Origin: Candidatus Saccharimonas sp.
GTDB taxonomy: Bacteria > Patescibacteriota > Saccharimonadia > Saccharimonadales > EFPC-124
Direction of reading: 5' to 3'
Length of the DNA stretch: 24,000 nucleotides
Assembly (NCBI GenBank): GCA_035478375.1
Contig: DATIJQ010000035.1
Span: 21,087-45,086, forward strand
Position 1 is the stretch's first letter, and every line of letters begins with the position of its first letter. Of this stretch, positions 1 through 9,529 are shown piece after piece. The notes below the pieces were generated by a model, which was given only the letters and a program-made list of their open reading frames with translations, had not been told where the DNA came from and did not search any database. The translations under genes were made by a program, and so were the position numbers.

Positions 1-247
1 ATTATGCGACTGCATTAAAAATTCATTTAAAATATCGCCCCAGGCGTTAGGGTCGGCGCCAGGAACTGGTAAGCGCGTCATGCGGAACCGCCTTTTGGTG
101 TATCAAAAAAATGTGGCGTGTATGCGGCCATTATATTTGTGCGTCTTTTACCCTTCATTCACTCTTTATTTAACCATAAGCAAATGCTGGGTACAATATT
201 TAAGAAGCCCACGACGTTTCCGCCGCGGGCTGTTCAGTTGTGGTGTG

Positions 248-1873
248 CTAGCCCTTTTTGAGGGCGAGAATCACATCTGTTGCTGTCGGTCGCATGGCCG
301 GGTCTTTGGTCATGCATTGCCGAATAATTTTTCGCACACGTTTGTCGGGGATTAGCATGTAATCCGGCTCTGCCCTGATGACATCTAGCATTATCTTTTC
401 AGGCCTGCCGGTGAACGGCTGCCGACCGGTCGCCGCAAAGTACATCGTGGCACCAAACGAGAACATGTCCGCCTCAGCCGACGGCTCGCTTTCTCTCAAA
501 AAATACTCCGGCGCCATGTACGCTGGCGTGCCGATGGCGACGCCCGTGGCAGTCAGCGTCACGTCACTGCCAACAATACGTGCGATGCCAAAGTCGGTCA
601 CCATTGCGCCTTCTGGCGGCATGAGGATGTTCGCCGGTTTTATGTCACGGTGCACGATGCCGCTGGCGTGAACGCTTTCGAGCGCCAGAGCGACCTCACG
701 TATGAGGTCGATGGCCTCGTTAGATGGCAGGCCACCAGGGTAATGGTCGCTTACGAGCTTGTTTAGGTCGAGGGCGTTCACAAACTTGGTCGCCAGCCAC
801 GGCTGCGTGGTCCCGCTTTGACTGTGCAGCAGCGGCACAATGTGCGGCGATGCTGGCAGCTTGTGACATGTGGCGATTTCTCGCTCGAATCGCCGTGTGA
901 AGTCGGGCAAGTGGCTCACTTGGGGTGAGATTACCTTGATTGCCACGACGGTCGAGCCCCAGACACCAGCGTAAACTTTGCCAAAACCACCGGCGCCGAT
1001 GACGCCTTTGATGGTGAAGTTCCAGATGCGTTTGGGGTCGGTGGTCGACAGTGCTGTCAGTTGGGCGTGGGGTCGTTCCGACAAAACGCGTGTCGGCTGT
1101 TTGCGCGACACTGGTTTACCTACACCTATTGGCGTTCCGGGCCAAGGGTTGACCGGCGCGTTAAATGCTTGCCGATTACCTGCCGGCGTTCCGGGCCAAG
1201 CTGACGGCTTACCCATTGACGGTTTACGCGGTGGGGGCTGGTCGTGCGTCGGTTCTGGCGGTTCGCTTGGGCTCGCGTGATTAGCTTGTGCTCTGTTGGC
1301 ACGTCGTCGCTTTTGCCTGTCAAGGCCAACGCCCACTGCGACGAAACAAACGACGAGCATGAGACTTCCTACAAGCACGAGCGACTGGTCATTGCTGAGG
1401 CCCGGAATAAACGGTGGGTGCTCTTTTTGGTAAGTATGAATGCGCTCAATGGCATCGACTAAAGCGCCCTTAACTCCGAGCGTAGGATCGGCTAAATCTG
1501 CGTTAAACTTGTCGCTAAATGCAGCGTACGGAATGCCCGACCCACCGCTGTAAGACGTGTTATTCTTAAAGATTACGAAAAGTGCATTGTCCGTGAACTT
1601 CGCTTGGATTTGGCTAGTAAAATTGCTCTGCGCATCGTTGGAACCAGCGGCATCCTTTGGCGGCACTGCGATCAAGATGTGGTCGCCTGGCTGCAAGAGC
1701 GCCTTGAGCTTTGCAACGTCGCCGTCGGACAACAGCTTGTTGTCTGCTGCGACGTAAATTGGCGAGGCGCGCAAACCGGCAATCGTCTCGCTCAAGTCAT
1801 CATCTGCCTGAGCTGGGTGTGGTTGCAACAAAATGGCGATGACCACAAGACCTGCCACAAACCAGCGCTTCAC
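248..1873 (-). CDS. Membrane-anchored serine/threonine protein kinase with N-terminal signal/extracytoplasmic region, one TM segment, Pro-rich linker and C-terminal kinase domain
   Basis: 541-aa ORF; kinase motifs GAGGFGKVY (P-loop), VVAIK, HRDIKPANIL, DFG, GTPAYMAPE; hydrophobic N-terminus MKRWFVAGLVVIAILL and TM segment SLVLVGSLMLVVCFVAVGVGL. Confidence 0.93.
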   Translation of the reverse strand: MKRWFVAGLVVIAILLQPHPAQADDDLSETIAGLRASPIYVAADNKLLSDGDVAKLKALLQPGDHILIAVPPKDAAGSNDAQSNFTSQIQAKFTDNALFVIFKNNTSYSGGSGIPYAAFSDKFNADLADPTLGVKGALVDAIERIHTYQKEHPPFIPGLSNDQSLVLVGSLMLVVCFVAVGVGLDRQKRRRANRAQANHASPSEPPEPTHDQPPPRKPSMGKPSAWPGTPAGNRQAFNAPVNPWPGTPIGVGKPVSRKQPTRVLSERPHAQLTALSTTDPKRIWNFTIKGVIGAGGFGKVYAGVWGSTVVAIKVISPQVSHLPDFTRRFEREIATCHKLPASPHIVPLLHSQSGTTQPWLATKFVNALDLNKLVSDHYPGGLPSNEAIDLIREVALALESVHASGIVHRDIKPANILMPPEGAMVTDFGIARIVGSDVTLTATGVAIGTPAYMAPEYFLRESEPSAEADMFSFGATMYFAATGRQPFTGRPEKIMLDVIRAEPDYMLIPDKRVRKIIRQCMTKDPAMRPTATDVILALKKG

Positions 1874-1963
1874 GACGCGGCTCCTTTGTTGGTCTGCGAA
1901 AAGGACCTACCTTGTAACAAAAAGCCTGCCTGCGCAAGCCTTTTAGAACAAGATAATATTTAA

Positions 1964-1991
1964 ATAATACTAATAATTGACAGTTTGTCAA
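1964..1991 (-). promoter_or_regulatory. Sigma70-like promoter for the kinase gene at 248-1873
   Basis: On the minus strand TTGACA - 16 nt - TATTAT, about 90 nt upstream of the start codon; same arrangement recurs at 5719-5746. Confidence 0.6.
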
Positions 1992-2032
1992 AGAATTGGA
2001 TTGCTGGCGCCGGACAGACGGCGCCAGGTGTG

Positions 2033-2467
2033 CTAGTCCAATCCCTGTGTGAGCATGGTGATTTGGTTGAGGTTGCCGTACACGTCTTTTTGGTGGAGGG
2101 CGTCGGGATTTAGCAATGCCCTCATACACGGCAGGCGCAAATAAGTCTGCGTGCACCCACTTTGGCCGGCCTGCTGGTCGCGGAGTAAGGCTGAACCTGT
2201 CGCCTCTGCCACGGCGAGGCACATTGCATCGCGGCTATAAACCAGGTGGCAAATGCCGGTGATGCCAATATCGACGAGTACGTGCAAAACATCGCCCGCC
2301 GCCACAAGCCAACTATAAATGTGCTCGTCGTTTTGCGGTGCACCATCTGTTACGTAACCGGGGAATGTGTTCTCCATCATCTCCAAAAACAACGTCTTTT
2401 GCAGCTCGGTTGGTTTGAACGGCGGCTTAGTTTGCGACCGTTTGAATGCTCGATTGTCCCTAGGCAC
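2033..2467 (-). CDS. Hypothetical protein
   Basis: 144-aa ORF with no recognised motif. Confidence 0.55.
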   Translation of the reverse strand: MPRDNRAFKRSQTKPPFKPTELQKTLFLEMMENTFPGYVTDGAPQNDEHIYSWLVAAGDVLHVLVDIGITGICHLVYSRDAMCLAVAEATGSALLRDQQAGQSGCTQTYLRLPCMRALLNPDALHQKDVYGNLNQITMLTQGLD

Positions 2468-2585
2468 GTTACCATTTTATGCTATCTGTGACCGCTGTGC
2501 GAAGACAAGTTTGGCGTTAAATGGATGGTCGACATCGGCGCACCCAAAGCCTAGTTTTTTTGGCGCCAGTTGATAGAATTAATGC

Positions 2586-4301
2586 GTGCAGGACTTACGC
2601 ATTATAGATACGCTGGCGCCTTTTGGTGTGCCAAATTCGGCTGGGCCAATTAATTGGTCAAAGGTTGATTTTGCCGCACTCGGACAAAATGGCGAGCTAA
2701 ACGCCGTGACCATTGCGCGCATTTTAGAGCGCAGCAAACTATATTTACAGCGAGCTCGCGCCGCAGGCTACAACGCTGTGAGCGTTGATGATCTCGCCCA
2801 TTTGGCCGTGCACAATTTTTACCCGCCGCCACTTAAACGTCGCCTTGCTACTTACCAAAAAATGTATGCGCAGTTCTTTGCGCTCGCCCATGCCGAAAAC
2901 ATGCGCATTTTTATAACGACCGATTTTTTATTCCACAACGCCGCTATCAGTGCCCATTTGCACCAAACTGGCACTACGGTTGAACGGTTTTTTGAAGCAA
3001 CGCTGCAAAACGTTTTTCGAAGTTTCCCTAAGATTGATGGCATTATACTGCGCATTGGCGAGACAGACGGCCGTGATGTGCACGGCGATTTTGTCAGCCA
3101 ACTACAACTCCGCACTCCAGGCGACGCCAATATATTTCTCAAAACCATTTTGCCGTTTTTTGAACAAACCAACAAAACCTTAATCTTTCGTACTTGGACG
3201 GTGGGCGTGCATAAGATTGGCGACTTAATTTGGAACCGGGCCACATTCAACACGGTTTTTGGTGACATTGCTAGCGCCAACCTGGTTATTAGTATGAAAT
3301 TTGGCGAGACCGATTTTATGCGTTACCTTAAGCTCAACCCGCTGTTTTTTGCGAGCGACCACAAAAAAATTATCGAACTCCAAACCCGCCGCGAATGGGA
3401 GGGCATGGGCCAGCTGCCGAGCTTTGTCGGCTGGGATTACCAGACCTACCGCGACCAATTGGCCGATGCCAAAAATATGATCGGCATTTATGTGTGGTGC
3501 CAGACTGGTGGTTGGTCGTCGCCGACATGGGCAAATGCAACGTTTTTAGATGACGGTTTAAATTTTTGGGATGAACTTAATACTTTTGTGACCGCTCAAT
3601 TATTTAAAGGTATATCTGTCGAGACCGCACTTGCCGACTTTTGCGCTGCCCACGGCATTGTTGATGTGCGTAAGTTTATTGCCTTACTACGGCTTGCCGA
3701 CCAAGTCATCTGCGAAGGTTTGTATATAAAAGAATTTGCCAGTCAGCAATTGTACTTTCGCCGTACGCGCTTGCCAACGTTACTGTGGGTTATGTGGGAC
3801 ACAGTGCGGCCGAGCGACGTTATGGCGACTTTGTTGCGTACGTTTGTCCGCGACAAACAGCAGGCTATGCGCGAAGGCTATACTTCGGCCAAAATCGCCC
3901 AGCATATGGCCGCAATTGGCAACGAACTGCATTTGCCAAAAGAGGTTTTGCGGTCGCTTGCGTTTACTGCCGCGACGTTTACTATTTTTGCCAAAATGCG
4001 CGAGCATGCGTTGGTTGGCTTGGACGCAACCCAGCTTTTGGCTCTACAAAAAGACATTACAGCGTACGAAAAAATCTACCCACACCATTATGTTTTTGCC
4101 GCCGAACCGCTGCGGCAACCTGCCATGATACTGCAAATTTTAATAAGAATCGTTGTCCGCCACCGGTCTGCCTACCGCATTTTGGATAGAGTTTTGCTGG
4201 CGACTTCTCCATTCCAAAAAATTATCGCCCGGCATTATTTTGCGGCAACAAACCCGCAACTCACCCAGCAAGCCATGGGCATTACGGCGATCTTTGAATG
4301 A
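2586..4301 (+). CDS. Large conserved-looking protein, possible TIM-barrel glycoside hydrolase-like enzyme
   Basis: 571-aa ORF ending directly before a strong inverted repeat; segments such as GIILRIGETDGRD, LIFRTWTVGVHKIGD and VWCQTGGW resemble barrel-type glycosidases (weak, unverified similarity). Confidence 0.75.
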   Translation: MQDLRIIDTLAPFGVPNSAGPINWSKVDFAALGQNGELNAVTIARILERSKLYLQRARAAGYNAVSVDDLAHLAVHNFYPPPLKRRLATYQKMYAQFFALAHAENMRIFITTDFLFHNAAISAHLHQTGTTVERFFEATLQNVFRSFPKIDGIILRIGETDGRDVHGDFVSQLQLRTPGDANIFLKTILPFFEQTNKTLIFRTWTVGVHKIGDLIWNRATFNTVFGDIASANLVISMKFGETDFMRYLKLNPLFFASDHKKIIELQTRREWEGMGQLPSFVGWDYQTYRDQLADAKNMIGIYVWCQTGGWSSPTWANATFLDDGLNFWDELNTFVTAQLFKGISVETALADFCAAHGIVDVRKFIALLRLADQVICEGLYIKEFASQQLYFRRTRLPTLLWVMWDTVRPSDVMATLLRTFVRDKQQAMREGYTSAKIAQHMAAIGNELHLPKEVLRSLAFTAATFTIFAKMREHALVGLDATQLLALQKDITAYEKIYPHHYVFAAEPLRQPAMILQILIRIVVRHRSAYRILDRVLLATSPFQKIIARHYFAATNPQLTQQAMGITAIFE

Positions 4302-4302
4302 A

Positions 4303-4335
4303 CAAAGTCCATGCGTCAAACGCGCATGGACTTTG
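4303..4335. terminator. Bidirectional terminator between convergent genes
   Basis: Perfect 13-bp inverted repeat CAAAGTCCATGCG / CGCATGGACTTTG between genes ending at 4301 (+) and 4351 (-). Confidence 0.75.
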
Positions 4336-4350
4336 CAAATTACCCTTCTC

Positions 4351-5640
4351 TTAGGCGTTGGCGATGCGGGCGAGTGCTTCGCGAAGTTCGATCGCAGTTG
4401 GCCGGTTGGCCGGTTCCTTGTGCAGGCATTGTGCGACAATATCGCGGATAAACGCCGGCACACGTTGGAGGTCTGGCGTGGCAGTGACGACGTTCATCAA
4501 AATGATTCCATCGCTGCTGCCGACAAATGGTGGCTCACCGGTGGCTCCAAAGCAAATGACGGCACCAAGCGAAAAAACATCGCCCGCCAGCGACAGCTGC
4601 TGCGGATGGTTTATGTGCTCTGGCGCCATGTATGCCGGCGTGCCGACAATCACGTTGGTGCCCGTAATACGTGTGCCATCAGTCTTGCGCGCAATGCCAA
4701 GGTCGATGAGTTTTGGCCCATCAGTCGGCGGCACAAGAATGTTGGACGGCTTAATATCGCGGTGCACAATATTGTGTTCGTGCAGCTGCTTGAGCGCCTC
4801 CACCAAACCGCGGAAAAACGTCAGCAACATGTCGTCTGGCAGGCCGTTGGGGTAACGCTTAGCTACAAAACTTTGGAGGGACAGCGCGTCCACAAAGTCT
4901 ATAGCCATCCACGGTCTTTCGCCGAATTGGCACGTGTCAACCTGCACAAGATACGGCGATGACGGGAGTGAGGCGTGAACTTGCATCTCGCGCCTAAAAC
5001 GGCTCCTTAGCTCCTCGGCAGCTTCGGCATCGTGCGTATTGAGCAGCATTTTGACAGCGAATAACTTACCGTTACGACCCCGAACTAAAAACACAATGCC
5101 CATGCCACCAACACCAAGTCGCGTTACGACTTTGTAGGGACCGATTTTGCGTGGGTCGCCTGGGAGCGTGCCGTGTCGCTCTGCCCTGGGCCAATTTGTT
5201 GTCGCCAAAGCTACCGTGGGCTGCTCGTCGGTTACGATGTGTCTCCGTTTGTAGAGACATCTAATAAGCCACGCTGTGCACGCCAGTAGCGCTGCGACAA
5301 TGACAAGCCTTAGCAAAATTGCCTCGGCGATGTCACGATCGGCCGTTGACGAATCTGGCGCTGGCTGCACCGATGCGGTCGTCGGTGGCGTGGATGTAGT
5401 GCTACTTGGTACGTCGCTCGTTGTTTCGGATGTCGACGATGCGGTTGTTGTGGTTGTCTCTGTCGTTGTGCTGGGTACTGTGTACGTTCCGCCCGGCCAG
5501 GTGTTATAGAAGATGATGCTTTGCCTCGCGGGCAGTGCAGGCTGCACCGGCGCCGACGCCGTGGGGCGTGTCTCCACTAGTAACAGCGTTGGTACTCCAA
5601 GCCCAATGACCAGAAACATTCCAGCCAACCAGCGCTTCAC
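4351..5640 (-). CDS. Membrane-anchored serine/threonine protein kinase with Thr/Ser-rich extracytoplasmic linker and C-terminal kinase domain
   Basis: 429-aa ORF; motifs GVGGMGIVF, HRDIKPSNILV, DLG, GTPAYMAPE; N-terminal signal-like MKRWLAGMFLVIGLGVPTLLL, Thr/Ser-rich tract, TM LRLVIVAALLACTAWLI. Confidence 0.92.
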   Translation of the reverse strand: MKRWLAGMFLVIGLGVPTLLLVETRPTASAPVQPALPARQSIIFYNTWPGGTYTVPSTTTETTTTTASSTSETTSDVPSSTTSTPPTTASVQPAPDSSTADRDIAEAILLRLVIVAALLACTAWLIRCLYKRRHIVTDEQPTVALATTNWPRAERHGTLPGDPRKIGPYKVVTRLGVGGMGIVFLVRGRNGKLFAVKMLLNTHDAEAAEELRSRFRREMQVHASLPSSPYLVQVDTCQFGERPWMAIDFVDALSLQSFVAKRYPNGLPDDMLLTFFRGLVEALKQLHEHNIVHRDIKPSNILVPPTDGPKLIDLGIARKTDGTRITGTNVIVGTPAYMAPEHINHPQQLSLAGDVFSLGAVICFGATGEPPFVGSSDGIILMNVVTATPDLQRVPAFIRDIVAQCLHKEPANRPTAIELREALARIANA

Positions 5641-5718
5641 CGCGGCTCCCTATATTGAGAGTAATTTGCGTACCTGTCAAACAGCCCGCAGGGAGCAGGC
5701 TGTGCAGATATTACTTAA

Positions 5719-5746
5719 ATAATAGTATCTTTTTAAGGTTTGTCAA
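5719..5746 (-). promoter_or_regulatory. Sigma70-like promoter for the kinase gene at 4351-5640
   Basis: Minus-strand TTGACA - 16 nt - TATTAT followed by TTAAGT, closely matching the element at 1964-1991. Confidence 0.6.
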
Positions 5747-5762
5747 AATTTTGCCACAGCAA

Positions 5763-5802
5763 AAAGCCCGCCGTCCACAAGATTATGTGGAGGCGGGCTT
5801 TG
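5763..5802 (-). terminator. Rho-independent terminator
   Basis: Stem AAAGCCCGCC..CCAC/GTGG..GGCGGGCTTT; on the minus strand it is followed by a T-run, just downstream of the ORF ending at 5837. Confidence 0.8.
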
Positions 5803-5836
5803 CTAGAGGGTCGGCGTTTTTAGGCACCGATCGTGG

Positions 5837-6445
5837 CTACTTCTTGAGCCCGAGCCTCTCGTTTAAGCCTTGCCGGAACCACTCCATGTAGAGGGCGTCG
5901 ACGGGCTCGAACGGGCGCAGAGCCGACCACGGAATGTGGCAGCCCCAGACGAGTATTGGAGACATGCGGAAACGGGTGTGCAAGCGGGTGCGGTTGTTAC
6001 CGATCTCGTCCAGAGTAAACACCCAGCTCCAGCGGGTTGCCCCACGGGTGCCGGTGAGCACAATGGTCGTATCGGTCGCTTGGTGGACGGTAATCCAGCG
6101 TGGTGTGCCGCCCTCGGCCCAGTCGCGGAACTGCTGACCAGTCTCCATAGTAATGGAGGGGTCGATGGAGCGCAGCCCGCGGGACTTTTGCGGCAACAAG
6201 CGCTCGATGCGCTCTGGCAGATACCAGCCGCCACGCACGAGCATCGTGTCGTCCTGACTTACTCGCCTGCGCGGCCCAATCTGCACGAGCCATTGGCGCA
6301 CGTCGGCGGCCGGCCCATTGAGGGTCATGCCGCGGTCGATGACGCATTCTGGCTGTGGGACGATCGTGTCGCTAGGGAGCGGTCGCCGGCATTCGTTCCG
6401 GGTAGGTTCGACGCTGGCAAACGGGCTCGTCCGCTGTTTTTGCAC
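5837..6445 (-). CDS. Hypothetical protein, GC-rich; possible SRPBCC/polyketide cyclase-like fold
   Basis: 202-aa ORF with high GC at third positions and own terminator; fold assignment is a weak guess from strand-rich C-terminal half. Start codon uncertain. Confidence 0.65.
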   Translation of the reverse strand: MQKQRTSPFASVEPTRNECRRPLPSDTIVPQPECVIDRGMTLNGPAADVRQWLVQIGPRRRVSQDDTMLVRGGWYLPERIERLLPQKSRGLRSIDPSITMETGQQFRDWAEGGTPRWITVHQATDTTIVLTGTRGATRWSWVFTLDEIGNNRTRLHTRFRMSPILVWGCHIPWSALRPFEPVDALYMEWFRQGLNERLGLKK

Positions 6446-6531
6446 TATGTATCCTTACGGTAGTAGGTTCAAGGAGGCGTACAAGTTGTACGTGCTATTA
6501 ATGATTATACAATATAGATACTATTTGTCAA

Positions 6532-8415
6532 CTAGTTGACGCAATTGTTTGGGGCAATGGTCGATGCAGTTACAAAGTCATCGTTCACCGTTACAATTGT
6601 GTTGCCTGACCACGTTTGATGGTTACAAGTGTTAACCGAATCATCGGGTCCATATGCCCACGTGCCTTGTGCCCAGGCATTGCCGCTTATAATCCAATTG
6701 GTCGCGGTACCTACGTTATCCCACCACAGCGCGGTTGTGTAGCCACCGCCCATGAACAGATTATTTTGTAGCGTTACGGCATAGGCGTTGTTGCCGGTTC
6801 CGTTGTAGGGTGAACCCAGGTAAATCGCCGAGTTGCCAGTCATTTGACCTTGGTAAAATGCGCGCGAATCAAACGTGTTATGTATAAACGTGAGGTGCCC
6901 GCATGGTCCGCCACATTGGTCCTGTACGCCGTCAGAGTGGAAACCGTCACTCCCTACCACCGAAGGCGGCTGGTAACATGGCTGTACCAACGAATCGGTG
7001 ACCGTAACATTGTCGCCAACAACATCAATACCATCTTGGTGGCCACGCAGCGCAACGCGCGTGGCGGTAAAATCGTGGGCGTTGAGGCTTGGCCAGCCCT
7101 GCGTGTCGCATGCCGCCGGACCAATGGTCGAATCGCTAATCGTAAACGACGTATTTGCCGGCAGGCTGTCGTTGTCTACGTGGCCGTCAATAAGCGAATT
7201 TTTAATGACAATGCCAGTGGCTTGAATAACCAAATCACCCTTAATATGCCATGAATCAATAACCTGTCCCGGCGTGTTAGCGTAAAAGTCTGTATTGACA
7301 GTACGGCTAAATGATGTGTTTGGCGGGACGCCGGTGCAGCTCGCATTTGGGTATTTTGGCAGCGTACATGACGATGGCGGCGTGCCACCACCACCGTTAT
7401 TCCCACCACCGCCGTTTGAACCGTCGCCACCATTGGTGCCACCGCCAGGTGATGTGTTCCCACCACCACCGCCTCCGCCGCCATTGCCGCCCTGGCTAGC
7501 ACCACCGCCATTTGGTTGAGATGGATTCCCCTGCCCTGCCGGATTATTCTGGAACACTACATACTTGCCGCCAGATGCAGCATTATTACTAATAATTGTT
7601 GCGCCGCCAGAAAGTTTGCCTGTCTCGGCCTCAAACACTGGCGGACTACTCGCTGCTGCCACGATTCCAACTGTTATGGCCGCCAAAGTTATAATTGCCC
7701 AAATTACAACAATAAGCTTGTGGTGTTGCGCAAAATGCAGCAGTCGTCTGGCTAAACCGGCATTTTTGTGCAAGCCGCTCCCCACAACCACCCCATGTTG
7801 CTGCGCCACTGTTGTAAGGGACCGCATGAACGATTTATACAAACGATATATAAAAATGCCGGCGCCCACAACAACAAGCACGCATACAATAACCACCCAC
7901 CAATTTGGTGCGTAAGGCCAAGCGACTGTTATTTTTGTGGCAGATTGCTGTGCTTTTTGTGCTGGTGTGCTTTGTAAACAGTTGTCGCCAAAGCCGGTTG
8001 GTACGCAGGTTGGATCGTTAGTGAGGAGTATTCTGTCGACGCCAGTGCCCGCCTCGCGGCCAGCAATAGTTATGGCATGGCTGCCGGTAGCAAGGTTATA
8101 TGTTATTGATTTAGTGGGCTGGCCATCGCTAAAGTTTACCCATATAAAGTCACTGCCGGTTTTGGTGTCGTTAACAGTTACAGGGCATTGGTCGTCAATT
8201 TGTATAGAGACACTGTTGCTGTCGGCTTTTGGCGCCCACATGCGGACCCATACGGTGTATTTGCCAGGCTCGGCAACGCCAATCGTGCCGGTGCTCTGCC
8301 CTTTATCGGTCGCCATAGGCGAACAGGCGGCTACAGTTGGTTTGGCTGGCAAAAGTAGTACGCTACACGACAAGAACAACAGCATCAAGGACGGCAAAAA
8401 GCTAAAGCGTCGCAT
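6532..8415 (-). CDS. Surface/secreted protein: signal peptide, carbohydrate-binding-like domain, two TM segments, Gly/Pro-rich linker, right-handed beta-helix-like C-terminal domain
   Basis: 627-aa ORF; signal-like MRRFSFLPSLMLLFLSCSVLLL; YTVWVRMWAP...; hydrophobic WVVIVCVLVVVGAGIFIY and LIVVIWAIITLAAITVGIV; poly-Gly linker; C-terminal IKNSLIDGHVDN, VTVTDSLVQP, FIHNTFDSRAF, NNLFMGG repeats typical of beta-helix rungs. Confidence 0.85.
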   Translation of the reverse strand: MRRFSFLPSLMLLFLSCSVLLLPAKPTVAACSPMATDKGQSTGTIGVAEPGKYTVWVRMWAPKADSNSVSIQIDDQCPVTVNDTKTGSDFIWVNFSDGQPTKSITYNLATGSHAITIAGREAGTGVDRILLTNDPTCVPTGFGDNCLQSTPAQKAQQSATKITVAWPYAPNWWVVIVCVLVVVGAGIFIYRLYKSFMRSLTTVAQQHGVVVGSGLHKNAGLARRLLHFAQHHKLIVVIWAIITLAAITVGIVAAASSPPVFEAETGKLSGGATIISNNAASGGKYVVFQNNPAGQGNPSQPNGGGASQGGNGGGGGGGGNTSPGGGTNGGDGSNGGGGNNGGGGTPPSSCTLPKYPNASCTGVPPNTSFSRTVNTDFYANTPGQVIDSWHIKGDLVIQATGIVIKNSLIDGHVDNDSLPANTSFTISDSTIGPAACDTQGWPSLNAHDFTATRVALRGHQDGIDVVGDNVTVTDSLVQPCYQPPSVVGSDGFHSDGVQDQCGGPCGHLTFIHNTFDSRAFYQGQMTGNSAIYLGSPYNGTGNNAYAVTLQNNLFMGGGYTTALWWDNVGTATNWIISGNAWAQGTWAYGPDDSVNTCNHQTWSGNTIVTVNDDFVTASTIAPNNCVN

Positions 8416-8493
8416 TTGCCCTTAATATAGCATTATAAATATGACAACGTCTACGACTCGTAACTTTAGGTTGTTAATTGGTAACATAAGCAT

Positions 8494-8835
8494 ATGACTA
8501 TCCAAATAAAAAGAATTTACGAGCCGGCCCAAAAAACAGACGGCTACCGTGTACTTGTTGATCGGCTGTGGCCACGCGGCGTTAGTCGCCAAAAAGCGGC
8601 GCTCGACGAATGGCTAAAAGAAATCGCACCTTCGACCGAACTCCGCGAATGGTTCGACCACAAACCCGAACGATTTGCCGAATTTAAAAAGCGCTATCAG
8701 GCTGAGCTAGCCGACAACCCGGCATTACAGCGGCTACGTGGCCTCGCCGCAAAACATGGTACGCTTACACTGTTGTACGCAGCGCGCGATCCAGACAATA
8801 ATCATGCTAAGGTTTTAGTGGGCTATTTAAGCTAA
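8494..8835 (+). CDS. DUF488 family protein
   Basis: 113-aa ORF; IKRIYEPAQKTDGYRVLVDRLWPRGVSR...LDEWLKEIAPSTELREWFDH is characteristic of DUF488. Confidence 0.93.
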   Translation: MTIQIKRIYEPAQKTDGYRVLVDRLWPRGVSRQKAALDEWLKEIAPSTELREWFDHKPERFAEFKKRYQAELADNPALQRLRGLAAKHGTLTLLYAARDPDNNHAKVLVGYLS

Positions 8836-8901
8836 GACCTTGACATATATTAACATACATTGTAATATAAGTGTGCTAACCTCGTTAGTGACCCTTACAA
8901 C

Positions 8902-8952
8902 GAATCGCTAGAAGCAACGTTACCTCTGTGGCAGCGTTACTCCTAGCGATTC
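8902..8952. repeat. Long-arm imperfect hairpin upstream of the ORF at 9028
   Basis: Perfect 10-nt arms GAATCGCTAG / CTAGCGATTC with inner AACG / CGTT pairing. Confidence 0.6.
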
Positions 8953-9027
8953 TACGCACAAATGGAAGCTAGGAACCTACCCGAACCCCACATGAAGCGT
9001 CGTGGGCCAGTGGAACAGGAACTCACC

Positions 9028-9459
9028 ATGAACAACAAGCCCGTGCTCTACCGCACTCGCCCCAACACCAGAGGCGTGACCTACGTCCTCACGGAGAGTG
9101 CCTATGACATTCTCTGCGATGCCAGGCGACACGTCGCCAGTGGCAAGCACATCGACACCTTTTCGGTGGAAGCGATGCGCTGGGCGGCCTTTGGCTGCTT
9201 CACCTTCATCGACCCGCTGAAGTACTACGGATCGAAGGTAGCCGCTGAGGTCTACACCGCCTCGTACGGGTTGCTGGACAGGGCGAAGCAGGGCTACGAC
9301 ATCCTGCTCGTCAATGACGACTTGCCCGTCCCGGACACCTTTGCCTCCGGCGATCTCGAGCTCTTTCGAGAGTTCAGCGACCGCGGCTGGGGCCCGAAGA
9401 CCGCGCAGTTCGTCGAAATGGTCGAACACGCCATCGCCGCAACCAAGCGGACCGCCTAA
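9028..9459 (+). CDS. Hypothetical protein, GC-rich
   Basis: 143 aa from ATG at 9028 preceded by ggaac; the track start at 8962 is possible but less likely. High third-position GC. Confidence 0.7.
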   Translation: MNNKPVLYRTRPNTRGVTYVLTESAYDILCDARRHVASGKHIDTFSVEAMRWAAFGCFTFIDPLKYYGSKVAAEVYTASYGLLDRAKQGYDILLVNDDLPVPDTFASGDLELFREFSDRGWGPKTAQFVEMVEHAIAATKRTA

Positions 9460-9529
9460 CCTCCACCCCGTGCAGTAAGGATCACCGCCCGTCGACCACA
9501 GTGTCGCCGGGCGGTTTTCCTATGCGAGG

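Noticed and set aside
5870-6463. Plus-strand 197-aa ORF opposite the 5837-6445 gene
   Set aside because: A typical antisense open frame in GC-rich coding DNA; the minus-strand frame has the matching terminator downstream.
7380-7530. Tandem GGN/CCN repeat that could resemble a satellite
   Set aside because: It is explained as a Gly-rich protein linker in the 6532-8415 ORF.
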